64,000 nt of DNA from Rhodospirillaceae bacterium (GCA_050260255.1 JBLNBW010000107.1:1848-65847); one strand, 5' to 3'. Positions 19,564-28,954 are shown, counted from the stretch's first letter. The notes: generated by a model from the letters alone, not told the origin. Translations and numbers: made by a program.

Positions 19564-20535
19564 ATGCACCGCCCGTCGCGTATCGCGCTCGTGCTGCTCG
19601 CGCTCGCCTGCCCGGTCGCCGCCCACGCGCAAAGCAGCGCGTACCCCGTCAAGCCGATACGTTTCGTCGTCCCTTATCCGCCGGGCGGCAGCAACGACGT
19701 GCTCTCGCGCATCACGGCGCAGGCGATGAGCGCGGGTCTCGGCCAACAGGTCATCATCGACAACCGCGGCGGGGCAGGCGGCATGATCGGCGCGGACAAC
19801 GTCGCGAAATCTCCACCCGACGGCTACTCGCTGGTCAACGTGCAGGCGTCGTTCACGGCCAACGCGGCGCTGCGCACCAAGATGCCCTACGATCCCATGG
19901 GCGACTTCGCTTATATCGGCATGATGGCGCGCGGCCCGCTGCTCGTCGTCGTTCACCCGTCGCTGCCGGTAAAGACGATGAAGGAATTCATAGCGTTCGC
20001 GCGCGCGAAACCCGGTCAGGTGCTGTACGGATCCACCGGTACCGGCGGTCACAATCATCTCGCCACCGAGCTCTTCAAGCGCATGGCGAAGGTCGACATC
20101 GTCCACGTGCCCTACAAGGGCGTGGCGCCCGCGCTCACCGACCTCATGGGCGGCCACACGCAGCTCGTGATGACCAGCCTGCCTTCCGCGATGACGCAGG
20201 TGCACGCGGGACGGCTGAAAGCGCTCGCCGTCGGCAGCGAGCAGCGCTCGTCATTCATGCCGGAGCTGCCCACGATCGCGGAATCGGGCGTGCCCGGTTA
20301 CATGGCCGAATTCTGGTGGGGCATAGCGGCGCCCGCGAAGACGCCGGTCGAGATCGTGAACCGCCTTGCCGCCGAGTTGAGCAAGGCATTGCAGTCGGCC
20401 GACGTGAAGCAGCGCTTCGCGGCAGAAGGCGCGGAGCCGGCGGCCATGTCGCGCGAACAATTCACCAAGTTCGTCTCCAACGAAATCACGCGCTGGCGCA
20501 AAGTAGCGCAAGAGGCGAACATCAAGCCCGAGTAG
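19564..20535 (+). CDS. Bug/TctC-family tripartite tricarboxylate transporter substrate-binding protein
   Basis: Signal peptide MHRPSRIALVLLALACPVAAHA, then the YPVKPIRFVVPYPPGGSND family motif. 323 aa. Confidence 0.9.
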   Translation: MHRPSRIALVLLALACPVAAHAQSSAYPVKPIRFVVPYPPGGSNDVLSRITAQAMSAGLGQQVIIDNRGGAGGMIGADNVAKSPPDGYSLVNVQASFTANAALRTKMPYDPMGDFAYIGMMARGPLLVVVHPSLPVKTMKEFIAFARAKPGQVLYGSTGTGGHNHLATELFKRMAKVDIVHVPYKGVAPALTDLMGGHTQLVMTSLPSAMTQVHAGRLKALAVGSEQRSSFMPELPTIAESGVPGYMAEFWWGIAAPAKTPVEIVNRLAAELSKALQSADVKQRFAAEGAEPAAMSREQFTKFVSNEITRWRKVAQEANIKPE

Positions 20536-20595
20536 CTCTCGACACCTCGGGCGCCGCCGGAGCTCGCGTTCCGGCCACCCACTCCGGAGAATCGT

Positions 20596-21507
20596 ATGCC
20601 TAAAGAACTGCCCGTCTGGCGCTCGCTCATGTATGTGCCCGTCAACGTCGAAAAATACGTCGACAAGGCCCACACGCGCGGCGCCGATGTCATACAGCTC
20701 GACCTCGAAGACAGCGTTCCGCCTGCCGAGAAGGCGAACGCGCGCAAGCTGGTGGAGAAAGCCGCTGCACGGGTGCGGCGCGGCGGCGCCGACGTCGTCG
20801 TGCGCATCAACCAGCCGCTGTCGCTCGCGGTGCGCGACCTGGAGCATTCCATCTGCCCCGACGTGAACGGCATTGCCTGCACCAAGATCGACAGTGCGTC
20901 GCACCTGCGTCTACTCGACGAGCTCGTGACCGAGCTGGAAGAAAAGCGCGGCATGGCAGTCCGTCACACGAAGTTCATTGCGATGATAGAGACGCCGCAG
21001 GCGTTCACCCGCATCGATGAGATTCCGGGCGCAAGCGACCGCGTGGTGGCGATCAACATCGGCGGCGAGGACTTCGCCCTCAACTGCAACATGCAGCCGA
21101 CCGGCGAGGCGCTGTTCTATCCCAAGCAACGCATGATCATCGCCGCGAATGCCGCCGGCGTGATGCCGCTCGGCTTCATCGACAGCGTCGCGGGCTTCGG
21201 CGACTGGGAGGCTTTCCGCAAAATGGTGCGCCGCTCGCGCGACTTCGGCTTCATGGGCGCGGGCTGCATCCATCCCGGCCAGGTAACGATCGTGAACGAG
21301 GAATACACGCCCACCGCGGCCGAAGTGGAGTACGCCCAGCGCGTCATCGCGCTCGACAAGGAAGCGGCGGCGAGCGGCCGCGGCTCGTTTTCGCTCGACG
21401 GCAAGATGATCGATATACCCATCATCGTACGCGCGCAGAAGCTGATCCGCCGCTTTGAAGCGATCAAGGCGCGCGAAGCGAAGACGCTGGCCGCCGCTGC
21501 GCAGTGA
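20596..21507 (+). CDS. HpcH/HpaI aldolase / CitE-like acyl-CoA lyase (malyl-/citramalyl-CoA lyase family)
   Basis: RSLMYVPVN..., GADVIQLDLEDSV, AMIETPQA, GGEDFA, CIHPGQV: the CitE family pattern. GGAGA SD. Confidence 0.85.
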   Translation: MPKELPVWRSLMYVPVNVEKYVDKAHTRGADVIQLDLEDSVPPAEKANARKLVEKAAARVRRGGADVVVRINQPLSLAVRDLEHSICPDVNGIACTKIDSASHLRLLDELVTELEEKRGMAVRHTKFIAMIETPQAFTRIDEIPGASDRVVAINIGGEDFALNCNMQPTGEALFYPKQRMIIAANAAGVMPLGFIDSVAGFGDWEAFRKMVRRSRDFGFMGAGCIHPGQVTIVNEEYTPTAAEVEYAQRVIALDKEAAASGRGSFSLDGKMIDIPIIVRAQKLIRRFEAIKAREAKTLAAAAQ

Positions 21508-21729
21508 GGCGGCGGGCGCAAAACCGTTAACCATCCGGGACGCGACGCATCGGCTGCTCGGCGCCCATCCCGCCAAGCCCGACACCTTACGCCCCGCGCG
21601 CAATGGCTCCGCGCCCACTGAGGACGTTCGCCGCCATGCCATTGGTGATAGGCTGCAACCCGACGTCACGGTTCCGCGCGCTCCATTAGGAGTGCCGCTG
21701 TGGCATCGAAGCCGATGGAGGAGAAAAGC

Positions 21730-22698
21730 ATGCGTCGCACGCTCATCGCTGCACTGTCTGCCCTTGCATGCTGCATCGCTGCGGCGCAGGCGGCCGACAC
21801 GTCCTATCCCGCACGCCCGATACGCATCATCGTGCAGTTCACGCCCGGCACCTCGACCGACATTCTGGCGCGGCTCATCGGCCAGAAGATGAGCGAGGAC
21901 TGGGGACAGCAGGTCATCGTCGACAACCGCCCCGGGGCCGGCGCGATTGTGGGCACCGAGCTCGGCGCCAAGGCGAACCCCGACGGCTATACGCTCACCA
22001 TGGCGGTATCGAGCGCCTTCGGCATCAACCCGACGCTCTACAGCAAGCTGCCGTACGACGTGCTGCGCGACTTCGCGCCCATCTCGAATCTCGGCCTTAC
22101 GCCACAGACCCTGGTCGCGAACCCGTCGGCGTTCAAGACGGCACAGGAATTCGTCGCGGCCGCGCGCGAGCGACCGGGGCAGATCAACTTCGCGTCCCTC
22201 GGCACGGGATCGACCAGCCATCTCACGATGGAAATGTTTCGCGCGGCGGCGGGCGCGAAGCTCAACCACGTGCCGTTCAAGGGCAGCGCCGACGCGCACA
22301 CGCAGCTGATCGGCGGCCAGGTGCCGGTGATGTTCGACGCCATCCCAGCGACACTGCCGCATATGAAGTCGGGCAAGCTCCTGGGCCTGGGCATCGCCAC
22401 CTTGAAGCGTTCGCCGTATGCGCCCGACCTGCCGACGCTGCACGAACAAGGCTTCAAGGATTTCGAGGCCGTGGGCTGGATAGGCATCGCGGCGCCAGCG
22501 AAGACGCCTGCCGCGATACTCGACAAGCTCAATGCCGAAATGAACGCGATACTCAACAAGCCCGACGTGAAGGAGAGGCTCGCCACACTTGCATTCACGC
22601 CGGCGGGGGACACGCGCGCGCAATTCACCGCCTACATCAAGTCCGAGATCGAAAAATGGGGCAAGGCAGTGAAAGACTCCGGCGCGAGAGCCGACTGA
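21730..22698 (+). CDS. Bug/TctC-family substrate-binding protein
   Basis: Start at MRRTLIAALSALACCIAAAQA (GGAGGAG upstream). YPARPIRIIVQFTPGTSTD motif. Confidence 0.9.
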   Translation: MRRTLIAALSALACCIAAAQAADTSYPARPIRIIVQFTPGTSTDILARLIGQKMSEDWGQQVIVDNRPGAGAIVGTELGAKANPDGYTLTMAVSSAFGINPTLYSKLPYDVLRDFAPISNLGLTPQTLVANPSAFKTAQEFVAAARERPGQINFASLGTGSTSHLTMEMFRAAAGAKLNHVPFKGSADAHTQLIGGQVPVMFDAIPATLPHMKSGKLLGLGIATLKRSPYAPDLPTLHEQGFKDFEAVGWIGIAAPAKTPAAILDKLNAEMNAILNKPDVKERLATLAFTPAGDTRAQFTAYIKSEIEKWGKAVKDSGARAD

Positions 22699-22703
22699 CA
22701 GAT

Positions 22704-24080
22704 ATGAAAGCGAATAAAACGGACCACGCAACGCTTACCGGAGACTTCGTCGATCGCGTGCGCGAACTGCGCTACGCAACGCTTCCCGCTGCAGCGGTCG
22801 ACGTGGCGAAACAGGTGACGCTCGACGGTCTCGCCGTCATGCTGGCCGGGGCCACCGAGCCGCTCGGTGTCGGCCGCATCAGCATCGAGTACGTCAAGGC
22901 GATGGGCGGCGCACCGCAGGCGAGCGTCATCGGCGGCGGCTTCAAGACGTCGATGCTGGGCGCCGCGTACGCGAACGGGACGATGGCGCACGCGCTCGAC
23001 TACGACAACACCTGGTATCCGCTCAACCACCCGACCTCGCCCACGCTGCCGGCGATCCTGGCGATTGCCGAGCATCACGCGCTGTCCGGAGAGCGTGTCA
23101 TCGAGGCGATCGTCGCCGCGTTCGAAGTGCAAGGCCGCCTGCGTCTCGCGGCCACCGGCATGGAAACGGGCTCGGGCTTTCACAAGCCCGGCATGACGGG
23201 AACGTTCGGGGCCACGGCCGCCGCCGCGCGCCTGCTGGATCTCGACCGCGAGCAGACGCTGATGGCCTTCGGCCTCGCCGGCTCGCGCGCGGGCAGCATC
23301 GCCATCAACACCGGCACCATGACGAAGTCCTCGCACTCCGGGCATGCGGCGCGCATGGGCGTGGAATGCGGCGTGCTCGCGAGCATGGGCTGGACCGCCT
23401 CCCGCGACGTATTCGGCCGCGGCGGCTTCTTCGACACGTTCTTTCGCGGCGAAGGCAAGCCGGAACTGCTGCTTCAGAATTTCGCCTCGCCGCTGCGCAT
23501 GGTGGATCCGGGCGTCGGCTTCAAAAAGCACCCGAGCAATTATTTCACTCACCGGCCGATCGATGCCGCGCTTGCGCTGCGCGAGCAGCACGGTCTCGCG
23601 CCGCACGACATCGAGCGCGTGCATGTGCTGTTTCCGCGCTTCGACTACGTGAACCGGCCGGCCCCGCGCACCGGCCTCGACGGCAAGTTCAGCGTGCAAT
23701 ACACCACTGCGGTGGCGTTGCTCGATGGCGAGGTCACGATAGACTCGTTCACCAACGAGCGCCGTTTCGCGGCGGATGTCGAAGCGCTGCTGCCGCGCGT
23801 GGCGCTCGAAACGGATCCCGCGATACCGAACGACTTCGATGCCATGCACACCGTCGTAACGGTGACGCTGCGTGACGATCGGCAGTTCTCGCAGCGCGTC
23901 GACAAGCTGTCCGGATGGCTCGGCTCGCCGCTCACGCGCGAGCAGCGGCTGAAGAAGTTCCACACCTGCGCGCGGCGCGTGCTGTCGCGCGCTGCGGCCG
24001 ATCGCGTGGTGGAGCTGGTCGAGCGACTCGAAACACTGCGCGACGTGCGCGCGATCATGGACATCGTCCGCGCCGGCTAA
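22704..24080 (+). CDS. MmgE/PrpD-family protein (2-methylcitrate dehydratase-like)
   Basis: 458 aa. MKANKTDHATLTGDFVDRV... start within ORF 21768..24080. PrpD-like pattern (GATEPLG..., TKSSHSGHAARMG, GKFSVQYTTAVALLDG). Confidence 0.85.
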   Translation: MKANKTDHATLTGDFVDRVRELRYATLPAAAVDVAKQVTLDGLAVMLAGATEPLGVGRISIEYVKAMGGAPQASVIGGGFKTSMLGAAYANGTMAHALDYDNTWYPLNHPTSPTLPAILAIAEHHALSGERVIEAIVAAFEVQGRLRLAATGMETGSGFHKPGMTGTFGATAAAARLLDLDREQTLMAFGLAGSRAGSIAINTGTMTKSSHSGHAARMGVECGVLASMGWTASRDVFGRGGFFDTFFRGEGKPELLLQNFASPLRMVDPGVGFKKHPSNYFTHRPIDAALALREQHGLAPHDIERVHVLFPRFDYVNRPAPRTGLDGKFSVQYTTAVALLDGEVTIDSFTNERRFAADVEALLPRVALETDPAIPNDFDAMHTVVTVTLRDDRQFSQRVDKLSGWLGSPLTREQRLKKFHTCARRVLSRAAADRVVELVERLETLRDVRAIMDIVRAG

Positions 24081-24093
24081 CGGAGGAGCAGCA

Positions 24094-25398
24094 ATGGCGA
24101 CACAAGAAAAGCACAAGCCCTGGCACCAATCGGGGCGCTGGCTCGTCAACCCCGCATACTGGGACGACGAAGCGCAGAAGGCGCGCTCGCGTGCGCCGCG
24201 CCGCATACGCTTCATCGACTGCACGGTGAGCGAAGGTGACGACTGCGTCGGCCATCAGCTCAACTGGAACACGCGGCTCGGCGTCATCGAGCGGCTGGAT
24301 GCCATCGGCGTGGGCGAGATCACCATGCCGAGCCATGTCACCTTCAGCGAGGAACGCGATCTCATCAAGGCATGCCGCCGCATGGGCATCAAGACGCCGC
24401 TGGTGGCGAAGGGCCCCGGTGTGGTGGCGCCGCTGTGCGGCGACTGGAAAGGCATCATCGACCGCCACATCGACCTCGGCACCGAAGTGATCAGCCCGAT
24501 CTTCAAATGGAGCTACGAGGACACGCTGTCCGACTTCGGCGGCGCGCTGTCGAAGGAAACGGTGGTCGAGGCGATCGGCGAAAGCATACGCTACATGAAG
24601 CGCCAGAACGTGCGCGTCGTGCCGTGGATGGTGGACAGCATGAGAAGCCCGATCGATACCGCGTGCCGGTTCTTCAAGGCGATGGCCGATGCCGGGACCG
24701 ACGGCGTGTACGTGGTCGACAGCCGCGGCAACAGCACCCCGCTCGCTACGCGCGTGTTCATTTCGCGCATCCGCGAGGCCATCGGCGATCGATGCGACGT
24801 GTACGTGCAGCATCACAACGATCTGGGCGTCGCGACGGCAAATGCCATGGCGGCTGCCGAAGGCGGCGCGAACTGGATAGATGCGTCGGTCATCGGCATC
24901 GGCGATCGCGGCGGCTGCGTGGCGCTGGAAGAAGCCGCAGCGCTGTTCGAGATGTACGGAATAGAGACGGGCATCAAGCTCGAGGCGCTGTACGAGCTGT
25001 GCCGCTATGTGCAGCAGGCGTACGGCATCGCGCTGCCACCGTGGAAGCCCATTGTCGGGGCGAACTGGAACAAGGAAGAAGGCGTCGGTCACCTGGAAGG
25101 CAGCGCGAACGCGGAGGCGACGATCGGCATAGCGCCGCAGGTGGTGGGACGCGAGTTCGAAGCGGTCGTCGGCGCGAAAATACTTTTCGGCCGCGAGCGC
25201 AGCAGCGCGCACACCGACGAGCCGGTGTTCCTGCGTAAGCTCATCGCCGACTGGGGCATGCACGCGAGCGACGAGCAATTTCAGACGATTCTGCTGCGGT
25301 CGCGCGCGGCGGTCGCGACGAATTACGGACGCCATTACCTCACGTTCGACGAATTCCGTTCGATCGCCGAGGGCGTGGTGCTCGCCGGCCGCGGCTAG
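24094..25398 (+). CDS. DRE-TIM metallolyase superfamily protein (LeuA/HMG-CoA-lyase-like) with divergent active-site motifs
   Basis: 434 aa. IRFIDCTVSEGDDCVG (versus the canonical DTTLRDGEQ) and VYVQHHNDLGVATANAMAAAEGGA (versus HxHNDxG). GGAGGAG SD. Confidence 0.7.
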   Translation: MATQEKHKPWHQSGRWLVNPAYWDDEAQKARSRAPRRIRFIDCTVSEGDDCVGHQLNWNTRLGVIERLDAIGVGEITMPSHVTFSEERDLIKACRRMGIKTPLVAKGPGVVAPLCGDWKGIIDRHIDLGTEVISPIFKWSYEDTLSDFGGALSKETVVEAIGESIRYMKRQNVRVVPWMVDSMRSPIDTACRFFKAMADAGTDGVYVVDSRGNSTPLATRVFISRIREAIGDRCDVYVQHHNDLGVATANAMAAAEGGANWIDASVIGIGDRGGCVALEEAAALFEMYGIETGIKLEALYELCRYVQQAYGIALPPWKPIVGANWNKEEGVGHLEGSANAEATIGIAPQVVGREFEAVVGAKILFGRERSSAHTDEPVFLRKLIADWGMHASDEQFQTILLRSRAAVATNYGRHYLTFDEFRSIAEGVVLAGRG

Positions 25399-25408
25399 GA
25401 GACCCGCC

Positions 25409-26374
25409 ATGCGTGCAAGCACAGTACTGGTTGCGATCGCGCTCAGCGTTGCCTGTCCGGCACAGGCAGCCGACTCCTATCCGTCGCGGCCCATACGGTT
25501 CATCATGCCTTACCCGGTGGGCGGCACCATCGACCTGTCCGGACGCGCCGTCGCGCTCGAGCTGGGCGAGCGTCTCGGCCAGCAGCTCGTCGTCGACAAC
25601 CGCACCGGTGCCGGCGGCACGCTGGGCGCCGAAATGGGCGCGCATTCGCCGCCCGACGGTTACACCGTTGTCATGGGCGGCACTGGCACGCTCGCCATCA
25701 GCCCGGGGCTCGATCGACGGTTGGGCTACGATCCCGAGAAGGACTTCGCACCGATCACGCTGCTTGCGACTACGCCTTACGTTCTCGTCGCGCATCCCTC
25801 GGTCGCCGCGTCCAATGTGCGCGAGCTCATCGCGCTGGCGAAGGCCAAGCCGGGCGCGCTCATCTATGCCTCGGGCGGCAGCGGCAGCGCGCCGCATCTC
25901 ATCGGCGAAGTGTTCAAGAAGAGTGCGGACCTCGACATCCTCCACGTGCCCTATAAAGGCAGCACGCCGGCCAAGATCGATCTCATGGCCGGCCGGGCGC
26001 AGCTGTTCTTCACCGGCATACCGCCCGTCGCCACGGAGATACGTGCCGGCCGGTTGAAAGCGCTCGGCGTAACGAGCGCGCGCCGCACGCCCGCGTTGCC
26101 CGACGTGCCGACCATTGCGGAATCCGGCGTGCCGGGCTTCGACGTGAGTCCGTGGTTCGGCATGCTCGCGCCGGCCCGCACACCGCCCGTAATCGTGAAG
26201 CGCCTGCATGACGAGATCGTGGCAATACTGCAGCGGCCCGCAATGCGCGACCGCTTCGTGCGCGAGGGGGTCGACCCGGTCGGCAATACGCCGTCGGAAT
26301 TCGCGGCGTTCATACGCATCGAGCGCCAGAAATGGGCGAAGGCCGTACGCGACTCCGGCGCAAAGGCGGAATGA
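25409..26374 (+). CDS. Bug/TctC-family substrate-binding protein
   Basis: Signal peptide MRASTVLVAIALSVACPAQA, then the YPSRPIRFIMPYPVGGTID motif. 321 aa. Confidence 0.9.
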   Translation: MRASTVLVAIALSVACPAQAADSYPSRPIRFIMPYPVGGTIDLSGRAVALELGERLGQQLVVDNRTGAGGTLGAEMGAHSPPDGYTVVMGGTGTLAISPGLDRRLGYDPEKDFAPITLLATTPYVLVAHPSVAASNVRELIALAKAKPGALIYASGGSGSAPHLIGEVFKKSADLDILHVPYKGSTPAKIDLMAGRAQLFFTGIPPVATEIRAGRLKALGVTSARRTPALPDVPTIAESGVPGFDVSPWFGMLAPARTPPVIVKRLHDEIVAILQRPAMRDRFVREGVDPVGNTPSEFAAFIRIERQKWAKAVRDSGAKAE

Positions 26375-26392
26375 AAGAAATTCCCGAAGCTT

Positions 26393-26574
26393 TACCGCGA
26401 AGGACTCGAAGGACGCCAAGGAAAAGCGCAAAGCCGTACCGCGAAGGACTCGAAGGACGCAAAGGTATCGAAGTTAAAACCAATCGGTTCCTTCGTGCGC
26501 CTCGACATTACCCAAGCCGCATCCATCAGCAGCTTTTACTTTAGATCCTTCGCGTCCTTTGTGCCCTTCGTGGT
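26393..26574. repeat. REP/MITE-like extragenic repeat cluster (two direct copies and one inverted copy of a ~30-nt unit)
   Basis: Perfect 24-nt direct repeat TACCGCGAAGGACTCGAAGGACGC at 26393-26416 and 26437-26460. An inverted, ~80% identical copy lies at 26544-26574. Built from a 9-nt NCGAAGGAC period, in a lower-GC convergent intergenic region. Confidence 0.75.
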
Positions 26575-26592
26575 GAAGCTTTTGAACGGTCG

Positions 26593-27615
26593 TCACCGCT
26601 TCGCCAGCGCCGCCCCCAGCCGCGGATACACGCGCAGCGCATTGCGCTCGAAGATCCGCGCGCGGTCCACATCGCTTAAGTGCGCGGCCGCGTCGATGTA
26701 GCGCTTCGTATCGTCGTAGTAATGTCCCGTCTCCGGATCGATGCCGCGCACGGCGCCGACCATCTCCGAGGCGAACAGGATGTTGTCCAGCGGTATCACC
26801 TTGAGCAGCAAGTCTATACCCGGCTGGTGATAGACGCAGGTGTCGAAGTACACGTTGTTCAGCAGCAGCTCGTTGAGCGGCGGTCGCCCCATGTCTTGCG
26901 CGATGCCGCGATAGCGCCCCCAGTGATACGGCACCGCGCCGCCGCCATGCGGAATGATGAAGCGCAGCGTCGGAAAATCCTTGAAGAGATCCGACGTCAC
27001 GAATTGCATGAACGCGGTCGTGTCGGCGTTGAGATAGTGGGCGCCGGTGAAATGAAAGCACGGATTGCACGAGGCCGAGACGTGCACCATTGCCGGCACG
27101 TCGAGCTCCACCATTTTTTCGTACAGCGGATACCACCACCTGTCGGTGAGCGGCGGATCGGTCCAGTAGCCGCCCGAAGGATCGGGATTCAAGTTGCACC
27201 CGACGAAGCCGTACTCCTTCACGCAGCGCTCGAGCTCCGCTATGCAGTTGTCCGGACGTACTCCCGGGCTTTGCGGGAGCTGGCACACGCCGATGAAATT
27301 CTGCGGGTACAGGGTGCAGATGCGGTGGATGAGCTCGTTGCATACCGCCGACCATTCGGCGCTGGTATCGGCGTCGCCGATGTGGTGACCCATGCCGCCC
27401 GCGCGCGGCGAGAAGATCGTAAGGTCCGTGCCGCGCTCGCGCTGCAGCTTGAGCTGCGCGCCCTCGAGGCTCTGCCGCAGCTCGTCGTCGGAAATCGACA
27501 GAGATCCTTTCTTCGGCGCGCGCCCGGCATCTTTCAACGCGGCGATCTGCGCCTGCCGGAAGTTTTCCAGCGCCTTCGGCGCGGTGGTGTAGTGACCGTG
27601 ACAATCGATGATCAT
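26593..27615 (-). CDS. amidohydrolase-2 (PF04909-type) family enzyme, most like 4-oxalomesaconate hydratase LigJ
   Basis: ORF trimmed to MIIDCHGHYTTAPKA (GGAGAG upstream), 340 aa. Patterns CNLNPDPSGGYWTDPPLTDRWWYPLYEKMVELDVPAMVHVS and LRFIIPHGGGAVPYHWGR recall LigJ as I remember it. The subfamily call is unverified. Confidence 0.7.
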   Translation of the reverse strand: MIIDCHGHYTTAPKALENFRQAQIAALKDAGRAPKKGSLSISDDELRQSLEGAQLKLQRERGTDLTIFSPRAGGMGHHIGDADTSAEWSAVCNELIHRICTLYPQNFIGVCQLPQSPGVRPDNCIAELERCVKEYGFVGCNLNPDPSGGYWTDPPLTDRWWYPLYEKMVELDVPAMVHVSASCNPCFHFTGAHYLNADTTAFMQFVTSDLFKDFPTLRFIIPHGGGAVPYHWGRYRGIAQDMGRPPLNELLLNNVYFDTCVYHQPGIDLLLKVIPLDNILFASEMVGAVRGIDPETGHYYDDTKRYIDAAAHLSDVDRARIFERNALRVYPRLGAALAKR

Positions 27616-27981
27616 GTTGCTGCTCTCCGTGAGGCAACTGTGCCGGCCGTTCGCCGCGCGCGATGTCGTCGCAAAGCGCGTTTGCGCACCCAGCACCACG
27701 GCGTCATGCGTTGCGCTACACGGAGTCTATCGCGACTTCGAGATGGCGCACGAGCGGCTCGGTATGTGAGTACACGTCCTTCGTGCCTGCCATGTCGAAG
27801 GCCCTGAGCGGCCGCTGGACGGCAACTCGCTTCACCGATGCGCGTGGCGGCGCAACCGCCGCACAGCCCGCGGGCCTCATGCCGTATCGACATGGTGGGC
27901 GGCCGCGCATGCCGCGGGTGCTGCGCCGGTGCAAAGTCCGATCCGGTCTGACCCATAGGAGAATGGCATTTCTGGGAAAAT

Positions 27982-28004
27982 CGATATGCCTTTGCCGCAT
28001 ATCG
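27982..28004. promoter_or_regulatory. candidate LysR-type binding site
   Basis: Perfect 8-bp inverted repeat CGATATGC-N7-GCATATCG (contains an ATATGC-N7-GCATAT, T-N11-A-type core), 36 nt upstream of the LysR start. Confidence 0.45.
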
Positions 28005-28039
28005 TTATATACTCGCGCCTGCGCCCCCGGCGCCGCTCT

Positions 28040-28954
28040 ATGGACGTCAAGCAACTCACCTATTTCGTGCGTATCGCGGAGCTCGGCAGCCTCACCGGCG
28101 CGGCGACGACGCTTGGCGTATCGCAGCCGGTGTTGAGCCGGCAGATCGGTCGTCTCGAGCGCGAGCTCGGCAAGCACCTGCTGTATCGCCACGGGCGTGG
28201 AGTGCGCCTCACGGACAGCGGCAAGCGACTGCTCGCGCATGGCAAAGGCATACTGCATCAGGTCCAGCTCGCGCGGCAGGAGATCGAGGGCCAGCATGCA
28301 TCGCCCGTCGGCCGGGTGATCGTCGGCCTGCCGCCCAGCCTCTGCAAGCACGTGGCCGTTCCGCTCGTCGCCGCGTTCCGCCGGCGCTTTCCCCAGGCAT
28401 CGATCGGGATCGTGGAAGGCATGACGGTCTCCATGCAGGAATGGCTCGCGCTCGGCCGACTCGACTGCGCGCTGCTGCACGATCCGTCGCCCATGACGCC
28501 GCTCGAGTACACGCATTTATGGGCCGAACAGCTGTGCCTGGTGAGCCGCGCACGGGCGGCGAAGCTGCCCGCCACCGTGCGGATGAAAGACCTGGTGCAC
28601 TACCCGCTGATCGTTCCGAGCCGCCCCAACGCGGTTCGCAATCTGATCGAGATGGAAGCGGCAGCGCAGGGCATAGCGCTCGACGTGGCGCTCGAAATCG
28701 ACGCGATTTCGTCGGTCATCGATCTCGTCGCGCGCGGTTACGGGCACGCGATACTGTCGCGGATCGCGGTCGAAAGCTGGGCGAAGAACGGCGCGCTGCG
28801 CGCGACGTCGATCGTGCGGCCTGCGATCACGAGCCGTGTCGTGCTTGCGACGAGCCGCGAACGTCCGCTGACGGCGCTCGCGCAAGGCACCCTGGAGCTG
28901 ATGCACACCGACATCGTGCCCGACGTGCGCCGCATCGTGCGTGCGCGCGACTGA
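28040..28954 (+). CDS. LysR-family transcriptional regulator
   Basis: MDVKQLTYFVRIAELGSLTGAATTLGVSQPVLSRQIGRLE HTH, then a LysR substrate-binding domain. Divergent from the LigJ-like gene and upstream of the hydratase/CoA-transferase genes. Confidence 0.92.
   Translation: MDVKQLTYFVRIAELGSLTGAATTLGVSQPVLSRQIGRLERELGKHLLYRHGRGVRLTDSGKRLLAHGKGILHQVQLARQEIEGQHASPVGRVIVGLPPSLCKHVAVPLVAAFRRRFPQASIGIVEGMTVSMQEWLALGRLDCALLHDPSPMTPLEYTHLWAEQLCLVSRARAAKLPATVRMKDLVHYPLIVPSRPNAVRNLIEMEAAAQGIALDVALEIDAISSVIDLVARGYGHAILSRIAVESWAKNGALRATSIVRPAITSRVVLATSRERPLTALAQGTLELMHTDIVPDVRRIVRARD

Noticed and set aside
20911-25422. Three long minus-strand ORFs (20911..22731, 22632..24224, 24055..25422) opposite the CitE/Bug/PrpD/DRE-TIM genes
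   Set aside because: All are antisense to plus-strand genes with clear motifs, proper SD sequences and tight operon spacing. Their translations are low-complexity.
26393-26574. Possible CRISPR array
   Set aside because: There are only two direct 24-nt copies plus one inverted degenerate copy, a 20-nt 'spacer', an internal 9-nt periodicity and no cas genes. It fits a REP/MITE-like element, not CRISPR.
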